Shown: piece after piece, positions 1 through 9,222 of the stretch
Position numbering within the stretch: the stretch's first letter is position 1
Layout: each line of letters opens with the position of its first letter
DNA from: an uncultured Acidobacteriota bacterium
GTDB lineage: Bacteria > Acidobacteriota > Vicinamibacteria > Vicinamibacterales > 2-12-FULL-66-21
Reading direction: 5' to 3'
DNA: 64,000 nt
NCBI GenBank assembly: GCA_963836665.1
Contig: CAWIKL010000003.1
Location: 4,082-68,081 of the forward strand
Notes under the pieces: model-generated
The model's input: only the letters and a program-made list of their open reading frames with translations
Databases searched by the model: none
What the model was told of the DNA's origin: nothing
Translations under genes and position numbers: made by a program

Positions 1-795
1 CGGCCGACCAGCGGCGCGCGATCGTCGCCGTCTGGGACTTCTGCCGTGCGGTCGACGACGCCGTGGACGAGGCGCCGGCGGAGCAGAGTGCGGTGGAAGT
101 CCAGCGCTGGCGCGACGAGGTGGCGCGGTGTTTCGATGGCACGGCGCCGGCGACCCCGCAGGGGCGTGCGCTGCAGCCGCTCATCGCCGCCTACAGCCTG
201 CCGCGCTCGGCCTTCGACGCGCTCGTCGAGGGGGTAGAGATGGACCTGCACGGGCGCCGCTACCGCACGTTCGAGGAGTTGTACCGAGTACTGCATCCGC
301 GTTGCGTCGGCGGTCGGCCTGATGTGCGTGCAGATCTTCGGTTGCCAGGATCCGGGCGCGAAGCAGTACGCCATCGACCTGGGCGTCGCGCTGCAGCTGA
401 CCAACATCCTGCGCGACGTGCCGGGCGACCTCGGCCGCGGCCGCGTCTACCTGCCGCTCGACGATCTGCAGCGTTTCGGCGTCAGCGAAGGGGATCTCGG
501 GACGGAAGTCGCGCGCGCGGGCCACGGCGTGGTCTCGGCCAGGGTGAAGGCGCTGCTCGCGTTCGAGGCGTCGCGCGCCCGCGCCTATTACGCCCGCGCC
601 GACGCGGCGCTGCCGCGCGCCGACGCGCGCCGCCTGGTCGCGGCCCGCATCATGGGCCGCATTTACCGGGGCATCCTCGACCGCATCGAGGGCGCTGGTT
701 ACGATGTGTTCAGCGCGGTCATCCGCGTCCCGCGACCGCGCCGGGCGCTGATCGCCGCCGGCACCTGGGCGCGGACCCTCGTCACCGGCCGATGA
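1..795 (+). CDS. hpnD: Presqualene diphosphate synthase (5'-partial; apparent +1 frameshift at ~285)
   Basis: FCRAVDDAVD motif in frame 3. Removing one C at 284-285 joins it to the QLTNILRDV...GRVYLP frame (LYEYCIRVASAVG). Followed by hpnE. Confidence 0.9.
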
Positions 796-813
796 CAGGC
801 GTGCTTCGCGCTC

Positions 814-2166
814 ATGGCTGGATCTGACTTCGACGTCGCCGTCATCGGCGCCGGAGTGGCCGGTCTGGCTGCCGCCACGGCGCTTGCCGAGCGAGGCAAG
901 CGCGTGATCGTGCTCGAGGCCCGCGGCGAGCTCGGCGGACGCGCCACGGCGTTTCGCGACCGTGAGACCGGGGAGCGTGTCGACAACGGCCAGCACGTGC
1001 TGTTTGGCTGCTATCACGAGACGTTCGCGCTGCTCCGCCGCGTCGGCGCCCAAGCCAACGTCCGCGTGCAACCGTCGCTCGAAGTGGCCTATTTCGATGG
1101 CCGGGGCAGGCGCTCCGTGCTGCGCTGCCCGCGGTGGCCGTCCCCGCTGCACCTGCTCGGTGGCGTATGGGCATGGGACGCTCTGCCGATCGGCGAGAAA
1201 CTGCGCGTGCTGCGCGTCGGAGGTGACTTGCGCCGGCGTTCGGCCGATCCTGCCGGCCGCCGGCGGGGCCGGCCGGAAGAAACGGTTGCCGGCTGGCTCA
1301 CCCGGCGCGGCCAGCGCGGCCGCATTCGGGAGTGGCTGTGGGAACCGCTGGCGATCGCCGCCCTGAACGAATCGCCCGCCGAGGCGTCGGCCGCGCCCTT
1401 CGTCGAAGTGCTCGCGCGCATGTTCGGCGGGGTGCGCACCGACGCCTCGATCGCGTTTCCGGCCGTGCCGCTGCAGGAGATGTACGCCGCTCCGGCGCGG
1501 CGCTATCTCGAGGATCGGGGCGGCGAAGTGCGCGTCAACGCGCTCGCTCGCGTGCGCCTCGACAACGGGGCTGTCGCCGGCGTCGACGTGCGCGGCGAGC
1601 CGATCTCCGCCACGACCGTCGTCTCCGCCGTTCCCTGGTTCGCGCTGGAGACACTGCTGACGGGAGACCTCGCGCCGATGGCGGGGATCCTCAAGGACGC
1701 GGCGGCGATGGCGGCGAAGCCGATCGTCACGGTGAATCTCTGGTACGACCGGGCGGTGATGGACGACGAGTTCGTCGGCCTGCCCGGCTGTCAGATGCAG
1801 TGGGCGTTCGACAAGCGGCGCGTCTTCGGGGAGTCGGCGTCGCACCTGTCGCTCGTCGCCAGCGGCGCCGACGCGCTGGCACCGCGCTCGACTGCCGATC
1901 TCGTCGCCATGGCAGCGCGCGAAGTGGCCGGCGCGATTCCTGGCGCGCGCGACGCGCGCCTCCTTCGCGGCACCGTCGTGCGCGAGAAGCGCGCGACGTT
2001 CTCGGTGGCGCCGGGCCAGCCGCCGCGCCCGGCCGTCATCACGCCGGTGCGCGGCCTGTATCTCGCCGGCGACTGGATCGACACCGGGTTACCGGCGACA
2101 ATCGAGAGCGCGGCCGTCGCGGGTCATCGCGCCGCCGCCGCAGCGATCGAGTCTTCAACCGAGTGA
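814..2166 (+). CDS. hpnE: Hydroxysqualene dehydroxylase (FAD-dependent)
   Basis: GAGVAG Rossmann motif, VDNGQHVLFGCY, LAGDWIDTGLPATIESA; directly after hpnD. Confidence 0.92.
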   Translation: MAGSDFDVAVIGAGVAGLAAATALAERGKRVIVLEARGELGGRATAFRDRETGERVDNGQHVLFGCYHETFALLRRVGAQANVRVQPSLEVAYFDGRGRRSVLRCPRWPSPLHLLGGVWAWDALPIGEKLRVLRVGGDLRRRSADPAGRRRGRPEETVAGWLTRRGQRGRIREWLWEPLAIAALNESPAEASAAPFVEVLARMFGGVRTDASIAFPAVPLQEMYAAPARRYLEDRGGEVRVNALARVRLDNGAVAGVDVRGEPISATTVVSAVPWFALETLLTGDLAPMAGILKDAAAMAAKPIVTVNLWYDRAVMDDEFVGLPGCQMQWAFDKRRVFGESASHLSLVASGADALAPRSTADLVAMAAREVAGAIPGARDARLLRGTVVREKRATFSVAPGQPPRPAVITPVRGLYLAGDWIDTGLPATIESAAVAGHRAAAAAIESSTE

Positions 2167-2188
2167 GCGGAGCGAGCGCCGCAAGAAA

Positions 2189-3352
2189 ATGAAATCAATC
2201 GTCATCCACTACCAGGAGATTGCGCTCAAGGGGAAGAACCGCCCGTGGTTCATCGCCCGGCTGACGCGCAACATCCGTGAAGCGGTGCGCGGGCTCGACG
2301 TCGCCGAGGTGCGCGTCCTGATGGGGCGCATCGAGGTCGTGCTCGGTCCGGAATCGTCGTGGGACGCCGTGCGCGGCCGCCTCTCGACCGTCTTCGGGAT
2401 TGCCAACTTCGCGCGCGCCGCCCGTGTGAAGCTCGACGTCGAGACGATCGCGGCGGAGATCCTCAAGGACCTCGGCCCGGACGATCCGCCGACGTTTCGT
2501 GTCTCCGCGCGGCGCGCCGACAAGCGCTTTCCCTTGACCTCGCCACAGATCGAGCGCGAGGTCGGCGGCCGCATCAAGGAGGCGCGCGGCTGGACCGTCG
2601 ATCTCGACGAGCCGGCGCTGACGATCAACGTCGAAGCGCTGACCGGCGAAGCGTTCTACTCGTTCGGCCGGGAGCGCGGGCCGGGCGGGCTGCCGGTTGG
2701 CGCCAGCGGCCGTGTCACCTGCCTGCTCTCGGGCGGCATCGACTCGCCGGTGGCGGCGTGGCGGATGATGCGGCGCGGCTGTCGCGTCCATCTCGTCCAC
2801 TTCCACAGCTATCCCATCCTGTCGCGCGCCTCGCAGGAAAAGGCGCAGGAGCTGGCGCGGTCGCTGGCGCGCTTCCAGTTCGACTCGAAGCTGTTCCTCG
2901 TCGCCTTCGGCGAAATCCAGCAACGCGTCGTCCTCGCGGTTGCGCCGCCGCTGCGCGTCGTCATTTACCGGCGATTGATGATGCGCATCGCCGAGCGCAT
3001 CGCCACGCGGCAGCACGCCCAGGCGCTCGTCACTGGCGAGGTCGTCGGCCAGGTGGCGTCACAGACACTCGAGAACATGGCAACCATCGGCAGCGTCGTG
3101 TCGCTGCCGGTGCTGCGGCCGCTCGTCGGCATGGACAAGGACGAGATTATCGTCGAGGCGCAGCGCCTCGGCACCTATCCCGTCTCGATCATTCCCGACC
3201 AGGATTGTTGCACGCTGTTCACACCGCGGCATCCGGCAACGAAAGCGAAGCGCGACGATGTGGAACGCGCCGAGGCGAAGCTGCCGATCGACGAAATTGT
3301 CACAGCCGCTGTTGACGCCGCGGTGGTGGAGCATCACCGTTTTCCCATATAG
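2189..3352 (+). CDS. thiI: tRNA 4-thiouridine synthase (THUMP + PP-loop)
   Basis: EIALKGKNR, LLSGGIDSPVA PP-loop, GQVASQT, DCC. Confidence 0.95.
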   Translation: MKSIVIHYQEIALKGKNRPWFIARLTRNIREAVRGLDVAEVRVLMGRIEVVLGPESSWDAVRGRLSTVFGIANFARAARVKLDVETIAAEILKDLGPDDPPTFRVSARRADKRFPLTSPQIEREVGGRIKEARGWTVDLDEPALTINVEALTGEAFYSFGRERGPGGLPVGASGRVTCLLSGGIDSPVAAWRMMRRGCRVHLVHFHSYPILSRASQEKAQELARSLARFQFDSKLFLVAFGEIQQRVVLAVAPPLRVVIYRRLMMRIAERIATRQHAQALVTGEVVGQVASQTLENMATIGSVVSLPVLRPLVGMDKDEIIVEAQRLGTYPVSIIPDQDCCTLFTPRHPATKAKRDDVERAEAKLPIDEIVTAAVDAAVVEHHRFPI

Positions 3353-3362
3353 AATTGAAGCC

Positions 3363-4373
3363 GTGAAAATCACAGCAGGCAAACTCGCGGGCATGAAGGC
3401 AGTGGCAGATGATCGCGGCGTGATCGCGGCCGCCGCCATGGATCAGCGCGGCTCGCTGCAGAAGGCGCTGGCCAAGGAGCGCGGCGGCGCCGTCGGCGAC
3501 AAGGATCTCGAGGAGTTCAAGGTCATCGTCACCGAGGTCCTGACCAAGCATGCCAGCGCGATCCTGCTCGATCCCGAGTGGGGCCTGCCGGCGAGCAAGC
3601 GGCGCGCGAAGAACTCCGGGCTGCTGCTCGCCTACGAAAAGACCGGCTACGACGCGGCCACGCCGGGGCGGCTGCCCGACCTGCTCGACCTGTGGTCAGC
3701 GCGCCGCATCAAGGAAGCGGGCGGCGACTGCGTCAAGATCCTGCTCTACTACGCCCCCAACGATCAGCAGAGAATCAACGACCACAAGCACGCCTGGGTC
3801 GAGCGCATTGGCGACGAGTGCCGCGCCAACGACATCCCGTTCTTCCTCGAGATCATCGCCTACGAGGATGGCCTCGATGAGAAGGGGCTCGACTTCGCCA
3901 GGAAGAAGCCGCAGCTGGTCGAAGCCTACATGCGCGAGTTCACCAAGGACCGCTACGGCGTCGACGTGCTCAAGGTTGAAGTGCCGATCAACATGAAATT
4001 CGTCGGCGGGACCAAGGCGTTCGCCGGGCAGGCGGCCTACGATCGCGAGCAGGCCAAGGACTGGTTCCGCAAGACCGCGGAGGCGACGACGCGCCCGTTC
4101 ATCTATTTGTCGGCTGGCGTCAGCAACGCGGAGTTCAGCGAGACGCTCGAGCTCGCCGGCGAAGCCGGGACGCGCTTTTCCGGCGTCCTCTGCGGCCGTG
4201 CCACCTGGAAAGACGGCATCCCGATTTACGCCAAGCAGGGCGCCGACGCGTTCCGCGCGTGGCTCGAGGACGAAGGCGTCAAGAACATCGCCAACGTCAA
4301 CGACCGTCTGAAGCCGGCGCACCCCTGGTTCGAGTTCTACGGCGCCAAGAGCGCCGACGCACTCGCGGGATAG
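3363..4373 (+). CDS. lacD: Tagatose-1,6-bisphosphate aldolase (class I, LacD family)
   Basis: AMDQRGSL, ILLDPEWG, DVLKVEVP, LSAGV, GVLCGRATW; GTG start at 3363 inferred. Confidence 0.9.
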   Translation: MKITAGKLAGMKAVADDRGVIAAAAMDQRGSLQKALAKERGGAVGDKDLEEFKVIVTEVLTKHASAILLDPEWGLPASKRRAKNSGLLLAYEKTGYDAATPGRLPDLLDLWSARRIKEAGGDCVKILLYYAPNDQQRINDHKHAWVERIGDECRANDIPFFLEIIAYEDGLDEKGLDFARKKPQLVEAYMREFTKDRYGVDVLKVEVPINMKFVGGTKAFAGQAAYDREQAKDWFRKTAEATTRPFIYLSAGVSNAEFSETLELAGEAGTRFSGVLCGRATWKDGIPIYAKQGADAFRAWLEDEGVKNIANVNDRLKPAHPWFEFYGAKSADALAG

Positions 4374-4437
4374 TGAGCAGTCACCAGTTTCCAGTTACCG
4401 GTTTCCAGTCTGGCAACCGGCAACTGGTCACTGGCTA
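4374..4437. repeat. Inverted pair of degenerate heptamer arrays between convergent genes
   Basis: tgagcag tcaccag tttccag ttaccgg tttccag t ctggcaa ccggcaa ctggtca ctggcta. Confidence 0.9.
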
Positions 4438-4896
4438 TTTCCTGTTCAGGTTCTCGACTCCCGATACTGGCCCCAGGCAGGTCGTGCCGGAATAGGGGAT
4501 GCGGATCGTGGTAGCGCCGAGCTCGGCAGTGCCGTTCAGCGAAATGGCGCACGACGGGATCTCCGGCGTGGTCGCGATGCCGTTGGCCGACCACGTGATG
4601 GTCGTGCCGCTCAACGTGCCGCCCGCTGTTCCCGAGACCGTCAGGCCGCCCGCGCAGGTCGCGCTGAAGGCGCCGACCGCCGCCGTCGCCGACTGCTGCG
4701 TCGGCGTCCACACGAAATTCGTGCAGCTCGACGGCGATGGGATGATGTTCGTCGACGCCGACTTCCAGGTGCCGGCCAGCGCTTCGACCGTCGTCGATGT
4801 CGGGCTGCTCGGCGTCGTCGTCTTGCTCTCGTATCCGACACATCCCGCCACGGTAGCCGCGACCGCACAGGCAAATATGGGGAGTAGGTGTTTCAT
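4435..4896 (-). CDS. Hypothetical lipoprotein
   Basis: Lipobox VAGC, Thr/Ser linker, beta-rich body with paired Cys. Confidence 0.75.
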   Translation of the reverse strand: MKHLLPIFACAVAATVAGCVGYESKTTTPSSPTSTTVEALAGTWKSASTNIIPSPSSCTNFVWTPTQQSATAAVGAFSATCAGGLTVSGTAGGTLSGTTITWSANGIATTPEIPSCAISLNGTAELGATTIRIPYSGTTCLGPVSGVENLNRK

Positions 4897-4943
4897 GGGA
4901 CCGGGGGCTTTCGCAGGGGAGGCGTGAATTATACCATAGCGAA

Positions 4944-5504
4944 ATGTCGATTCTGAAGGTCGCGCACATGGGACACCCGGTGCTGCGCGCCCGTGCCAAG
5001 GCCGTCGACCCGGCCGACATCAAGTCTCCCCGCATTCAGCAGCTCATCGACGACATGTTCCAGACGATGAAGGAATACAACGGCGTCGGCCTGGCGGCGC
5101 CGCAGGTCCACGAAAGCGTGCGCCTGTTCGTCGCCGGCTTTCCGCCGCGCCCCGGCGATGACGAGGAAGAGGACGAGGACGCACGCGTGCCGCTGATGGC
5201 GCTCGTCAACCCCGAAATCACGCCGCTCGGCGAGGCGACAGTTGAGGATTGGGAGGGATGCCTGAGCATCCCGGAGATCCGCGGCCGTGTGACACGCGCC
5301 AGGGAGATCGAAGTGAAGGCCTACGATCGCCGCGGCCGCCGCGTCTCGATCCACGCCCGCGGCTTCACCGCACGCGTCATCCAGCACGAGACGGATCATC
5401 TCGACGGCGTGCTGTTCATGGACCGGATGAGATCGCTCGAGACACTGACGTTCCTCGAGGAATTCAACCGCCACTGGAGCTCGCGCAACGTGCCCGACGA
5501 ATAG
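4944..5504 (+). CDS. def: Peptide deformylase
   Basis: GVGLAAPQ, EGCLS, QHETDHLDG. Confidence 0.97.
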   Translation: MSILKVAHMGHPVLRARAKAVDPADIKSPRIQQLIDDMFQTMKEYNGVGLAAPQVHESVRLFVAGFPPRPGDDEEEDEDARVPLMALVNPEITPLGEATVEDWEGCLSIPEIRGRVTRAREIEVKAYDRRGRRVSIHARGFTARVIQHETDHLDGVLFMDRMRSLETLTFLEEFNRHWSSRNVPDE

Positions 5505-5513
5505 CGTCGGGGA

Positions 5514-7115
5514 CTACGCTGACGAAGAAGAGGTCGAGCGTTTCCGTTCCAGTTCGCGCTCGGACTTGAGCCGTTCGAGCTCCACCTCGGAGTGATCCAC
5601 GAACTGCATCGCGGCGGCGATGGCGCGGTGACCGGCGCCGTCGGCGATCAGCTGGTGCATCTGCTGGCAGACACGGCGGTAGGCGGGATGCCCTTGCGGC
5701 GCGCTACGCAACTCGATCGTGTGCAGCGCTTCGCGCGCGTTCATGTCCATGTAAAAGCGGACACGGTAGGCCATCGCCACCGCGTAGGGGGCGGCTGCGT
5801 GCAGCCCGGCCGTCCGCATCGCCTCGTACAAATCGGCGGAAGCGTCCATGACGCGCGTCCAGTCGCCGGCGGCGCCGGCGTCGCCGAGCGCGTCCGGCTC
5901 GGAGTAGCCGTGCCGCGTCGACAGCGGCTGCCATTCGAGCGTCAGGAGTCGGTGCCTCTGCAGATCGCGGAAGGCGCCGTAGTCGGTCAGTACATCGAAA
6001 CGGTAGCTGGTGCGTTCGAAGGCGCGGCCAGGACGGTGACGGCGGTTGCCGCGCGCACCGACGTAGGCGCGCAAGATTCCGAGGCGTTCGTCCGTGCTCA
6101 TCCGCCGCGCGATGGCGAGGAGCTGGTCGTCCGGCAGGTCAGTGGCCGGGTACATCGCTGCCGCGACCACCTTGATCTCGCCGTCCGGATCGAAGTCGGT
6201 CAGCGTCACTTCGTCGCGATCCTCGGCGTTCACACCGGCAGTCAATGCGGCCACGGCCGCGCTGGTTGCGTGACGGCACGAGGCGAGGTACTCGCTCCAC
6301 CGGCCGCCGCGCTCCGGCTGATCGACGCGGGTGAGAAACGCAGGAATGATCTTGCGCAGCTCTTCGAGCATCTGGCGCCCGCACTCGCGCGCTTCCTCGA
6401 GCGGATGCGCCTGGAGCCGCAGCAGCAGCGCTTCGTGGGCCTGGCCGCTGCCGTAAATGCCGACGTTGGACTGCGTTGCCGCCGGTAGCATGCCGCGCAG
6501 CGTGTCGAGCGCCTTGGCCCGGATGGCCGCGCGGTGCACGGCGTCGGAGTCCTGCGCCGACCTCGGGAAGCGCGCGGCGAAGTGCGCCTGCATCGCCGGG
6601 ATCAACGCCGCATACGTCTCGAACGCCACGTCCATCGTCTTCACGTAGCGATCGCGCAGCGTCCCTTCAACTTCGGCCGGGACGTGATAGCGCCAGCGGC
6701 CGTGCAGCTTGTCGGTGTAGGGCACGTAGCGCGTCGACTGCTCGAGATAGGCCATCAACCGGCCCCACTCGAGCGCCTTGGTGAGAACGTTCGAGACGTA
6801 CTCGCAGGCGATGTGGGCGCCGCCGAGCTGCGCGACCGAGTCGTCGCCGTACTCGTTGAAGACCTTCGCGTAGAGTCTTTCCGCGCGTTCGACGCCGACC
6901 GAGGATGCCGCGCCGACACGATCGAGATTGCCGGCGAACTCGTCGAGGAACAGCCGGCGCAGTGATTTCGACGACCGTGAATAGCGTGCGAACAGCGCCC
7001 CCTTCACCGTCTCGGGAAGATTGGTCAGCCCGAAGACGTGCCGGTCGGTATTGGTGAAGAATGGTGTGAGCGCGTCGCGCTCCGCCGGGGTGAACGTCTC
7101 TGGCGGGGTGATCAC
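5514..7115 (-). CDS. thyX: FAD-dependent thymidylate synthase-like protein, tandem two-domain form
   Basis: YGDDSVAQL, EQSTRY, RDLQRHR, ELRSAPQGH; GTG start at 7115 inferred. Confidence 0.8.
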   Translation of the reverse strand: MITPPETFTPAERDALTPFFTNTDRHVFGLTNLPETVKGALFARYSRSSKSLRRLFLDEFAGNLDRVGAASSVGVERAERLYAKVFNEYGDDSVAQLGGAHIACEYVSNVLTKALEWGRLMAYLEQSTRYVPYTDKLHGRWRYHVPAEVEGTLRDRYVKTMDVAFETYAALIPAMQAHFAARFPRSAQDSDAVHRAAIRAKALDTLRGMLPAATQSNVGIYGSGQAHEALLLRLQAHPLEEARECGRQMLEELRKIIPAFLTRVDQPERGGRWSEYLASCRHATSAAVAALTAGVNAEDRDEVTLTDFDPDGEIKVVAAAMYPATDLPDDQLLAIARRMSTDERLGILRAYVGARGNRRHRPGRAFERTSYRFDVLTDYGAFRDLQRHRLLTLEWQPLSTRHGYSEPDALGDAGAAGDWTRVMDASADLYEAMRTAGLHAAAPYAVAMAYRVRFYMDMNAREALHTIELRSAPQGHPAYRRVCQQMHQLIADGAGHRAIAAAMQFVDHSEVELERLKSERELERKRSTSSSSA

Positions 7116-7148
7116 GACCGAGGATTGTACATGAGCGTTTCGGACGGC

Positions 7149-7553
7149 ATGAGTCATTTCAGCCATCGCCTCGAGGTCCGTTTCCGCGACTGCGATGCGA
7201 TGGGGCATACCAACAACGCCGTCTATCTCACGTTTCTCGAGCAGGCACGCTTCGCGCACTGGCGATCGCTCTGTGGCTTTGGCAACCCGCAGACCCCGCC
7301 CGATTTGCCGGGCGTCATCCTCGCGCATATCGAGGCCGACTACCGGCGGCCCTCCCGCTACGGCGATGTGCTGGAGATACGCTTGACCGTCGCCGACGTC
7401 GGCCGGAGCAGCTTTTCCTACGAGTACGAGATTGTCGACGAACAGGGCAGGACGGTCCTGACCGCGAAGACCGTGCAGGTGATGTACGACTATGCCGTCA
7501 ACAAGCCGGTACGAATCCCCGATTCGATCCGCGCGTTGCTGACGCCGACATGA
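7149..7553 (+). CDS. Acyl-CoA thioesterase (4HBT/YbgC family)
   Basis: VRFRDCDAMGHTNNAVYLTFLEQAR. Confidence 0.9.
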   Translation: MSHFSHRLEVRFRDCDAMGHTNNAVYLTFLEQARFAHWRSLCGFGNPQTPPDLPGVILAHIEADYRRPSRYGDVLEIRLTVADVGRSSFSYEYEIVDEQGRTVLTAKTVQVMYDYAVNKPVRIPDSIRALLTPT

Positions 7554-7574
7554 CGAATGCCGCCGGCATTCCTC

Positions 7575-7793
7575 TTAGACTCCTCAAGTTCCGCCGAAGC
7601 CGATCGTGACCTTACCGTCTTCTTCGACGATCACGGGCACGCGGCGGTGGCCGCTGCTGTGCTCGAGCATCCGCGCCATCCCGTCCTTGTCGGCCTTGAC
7701 GTTGATGTAGTCGAACGCGACGCCGCGGCCGCTGTAGTGGTCCTTCGCGGCTTGCGTGTAGGGGCAATGCTCCTTGCCGTAGATGACGACCAT
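7575..7793 (-). CDS. Uxx-star family glutaredoxin-like selenoprotein (Sec read-through of UGA at 7584-7586)
   Basis: GKEHCPYT...RVPVIV...GFGGT followed by TGA GGA GTC TAA; hairpin GAATGCC-GGC-GGCATTC about 12 nt after UGA. Confidence 0.8.
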
Positions 7794-7797
7794 CAAC

Positions 7798-9222
7798 TCA
7801 TTGTCGCGCCATTGGCGTCGCGGGCAAAGGTGAGCCGCGAAATGTCTCGGCGCTGCCCGGGGCCGTGAACTCTACTGCGCGGGTGCCGATGCGCCCGTTG
7901 ACGGTGTAGGCCGCGCGCATTTGTAGGAAGTCGAGGCCGCCGCCGAGGCCGCGTCCTTCGCGCCCTCGCGTCACCGTCGTCTGGCTGACATCGAGCGTCA
8001 GGATGAGGTCGAAATCGTCGCCGGCGGCGCGCACGACGATGTGCGACGGCCGATCCTCGCCGGGGGTGTTCGTCTCCTCAATCGTCGCGTCGGTCGAAAA
8101 GGCGAGCGGCCCGTTCGGACCGAGCACGCCGAGGAATCCCGGCACGTAGGTGGAATCCGCGGCGTCGGCCGGCGGTCTGATCCGGCCGTAGACGAACGAC
8201 AGGCCCTCGTGCTGCACCTGGCCCCATTGCCACGACACGCCGTCCCAGAAGCCCCAGTTGTGATCGTGATAGACGCTGCCGCCGGACAGATCGAGCCGCG
8301 TGCCATCCGCCCGCAGTTCACCGTCCATCGTGCCGGCCATGACCGGGACGGTGTAGCCGGAGATCCAGCCGCCGGTTCCCCGCAGCACGATCGGCGGAAC
8401 AGAGCGATCCGGGTTGGCGTGCACTACGATCGTTCCGGTGACGCGGCCGCCGCCGCGCTCGGCCGGCAGATCGAGCGTCACGCGGTAGTCGGTGCCCACC
8501 AGCCGGACGCTGTTACCGGCGATCGTGAGATCCGGTGCGGTGGCGGCAATCTCGCCCGCACTTGCAGTCGCGCGGGCCGAATAGGCGGCAAGCGCGCCGC
8601 CGCGCTCAAGCTGCAGTCGCACGCCGACGCTGCGCGTCCCCGGCGCGATCTCCGGTCCCGTCATGAACGACAGGTAGAACCGGCAACCACTGGAGGTCCC
8701 GTTGAAATACAGCCACTCTGCCCAGGACGCCGCCCGCGCGGGAACGTCGGGCACCGGGTGAAACCGATCGATTGATCGCAGCACGCGGCTGGGATCGGCC
8801 GTCATCCATGCGCGATCGGCCTCCGTGTCGTTCCACCCATCGACCTTCGCCGTCTCGCGATCGCCGAGACGGCGGCCGGCCGACGGAATGCCACCGCGGA
8901 CGGCGATCGGCACGGCGCGGCCGCCGTGACGCAGATACATCGTCTCGCGCGCGGACGGCGCGAGCGTTCGTACGCCGGCGAACGGTCCGCCGGGGCGCAG
9001 CGCATAGAGCACGAACGGCGCGTTGGCGATCTGTCCCGATGCCGATCCGATGACGACGTCGCCGCCGCCCACGAGCGCTGGCGTCCTCGCTTGCTGCAGG
9101 ATCACGTCGCCGACGCCGAGCAGCGTCACCATCACGCCGACGCCGAGCCCGAAGCCGATTGCCAGCACGGCGCTGCGGATCGGCCGCGCCGCGAGCGACC
9201 GGAGCGCCACGCGGGCGATCAT
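7798..9222 (-). CDS. MacB-like TM1/periplasmic N-terminus fused to AttH/CrtC/lipocalin-like domain
   Basis: RPIRSAVLAIGFGLGVGVMVTLLGVG N-terminus; WAEWLYFN and YHDHNWG motifs. Confidence 0.7.
   Translation of the reverse strand: MIARVALRSLAARPIRSAVLAIGFGLGVGVMVTLLGVGDVILQQARTPALVGGGDVVIGSASGQIANAPFVLYALRPGGPFAGVRTLAPSARETMYLRHGGRAVPIAVRGGIPSAGRRLGDRETAKVDGWNDTEADRAWMTADPSRVLRSIDRFHPVPDVPARAASWAEWLYFNGTSSGCRFYLSFMTGPEIAPGTRSVGVRLQLERGGALAAYSARATASAGEIAATAPDLTIAGNSVRLVGTDYRVTLDLPAERGGGRVTGTIVVHANPDRSVPPIVLRGTGGWISGYTVPVMAGTMDGELRADGTRLDLSGGSVYHDHNWGFWDGVSWQWGQVQHEGLSFVYGRIRPPADAADSTYVPGFLGVLGPNGPLAFSTDATIEETNTPGEDRPSHIVVRAAGDDFDLILTLDVSQTTVTRGREGRGLGGGLDFLQMRAAYTVNGRIGTRAVEFTAPGSAETFRGSPLPATPMARQ

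Noticed and set aside
281-288. Programmed ribosomal frameshifting or true pseudogenisation of hpnD and ctaB
   Set aside because: No slippery run, both halves otherwise intact, and the shared context points to a technical error; not formally excluded
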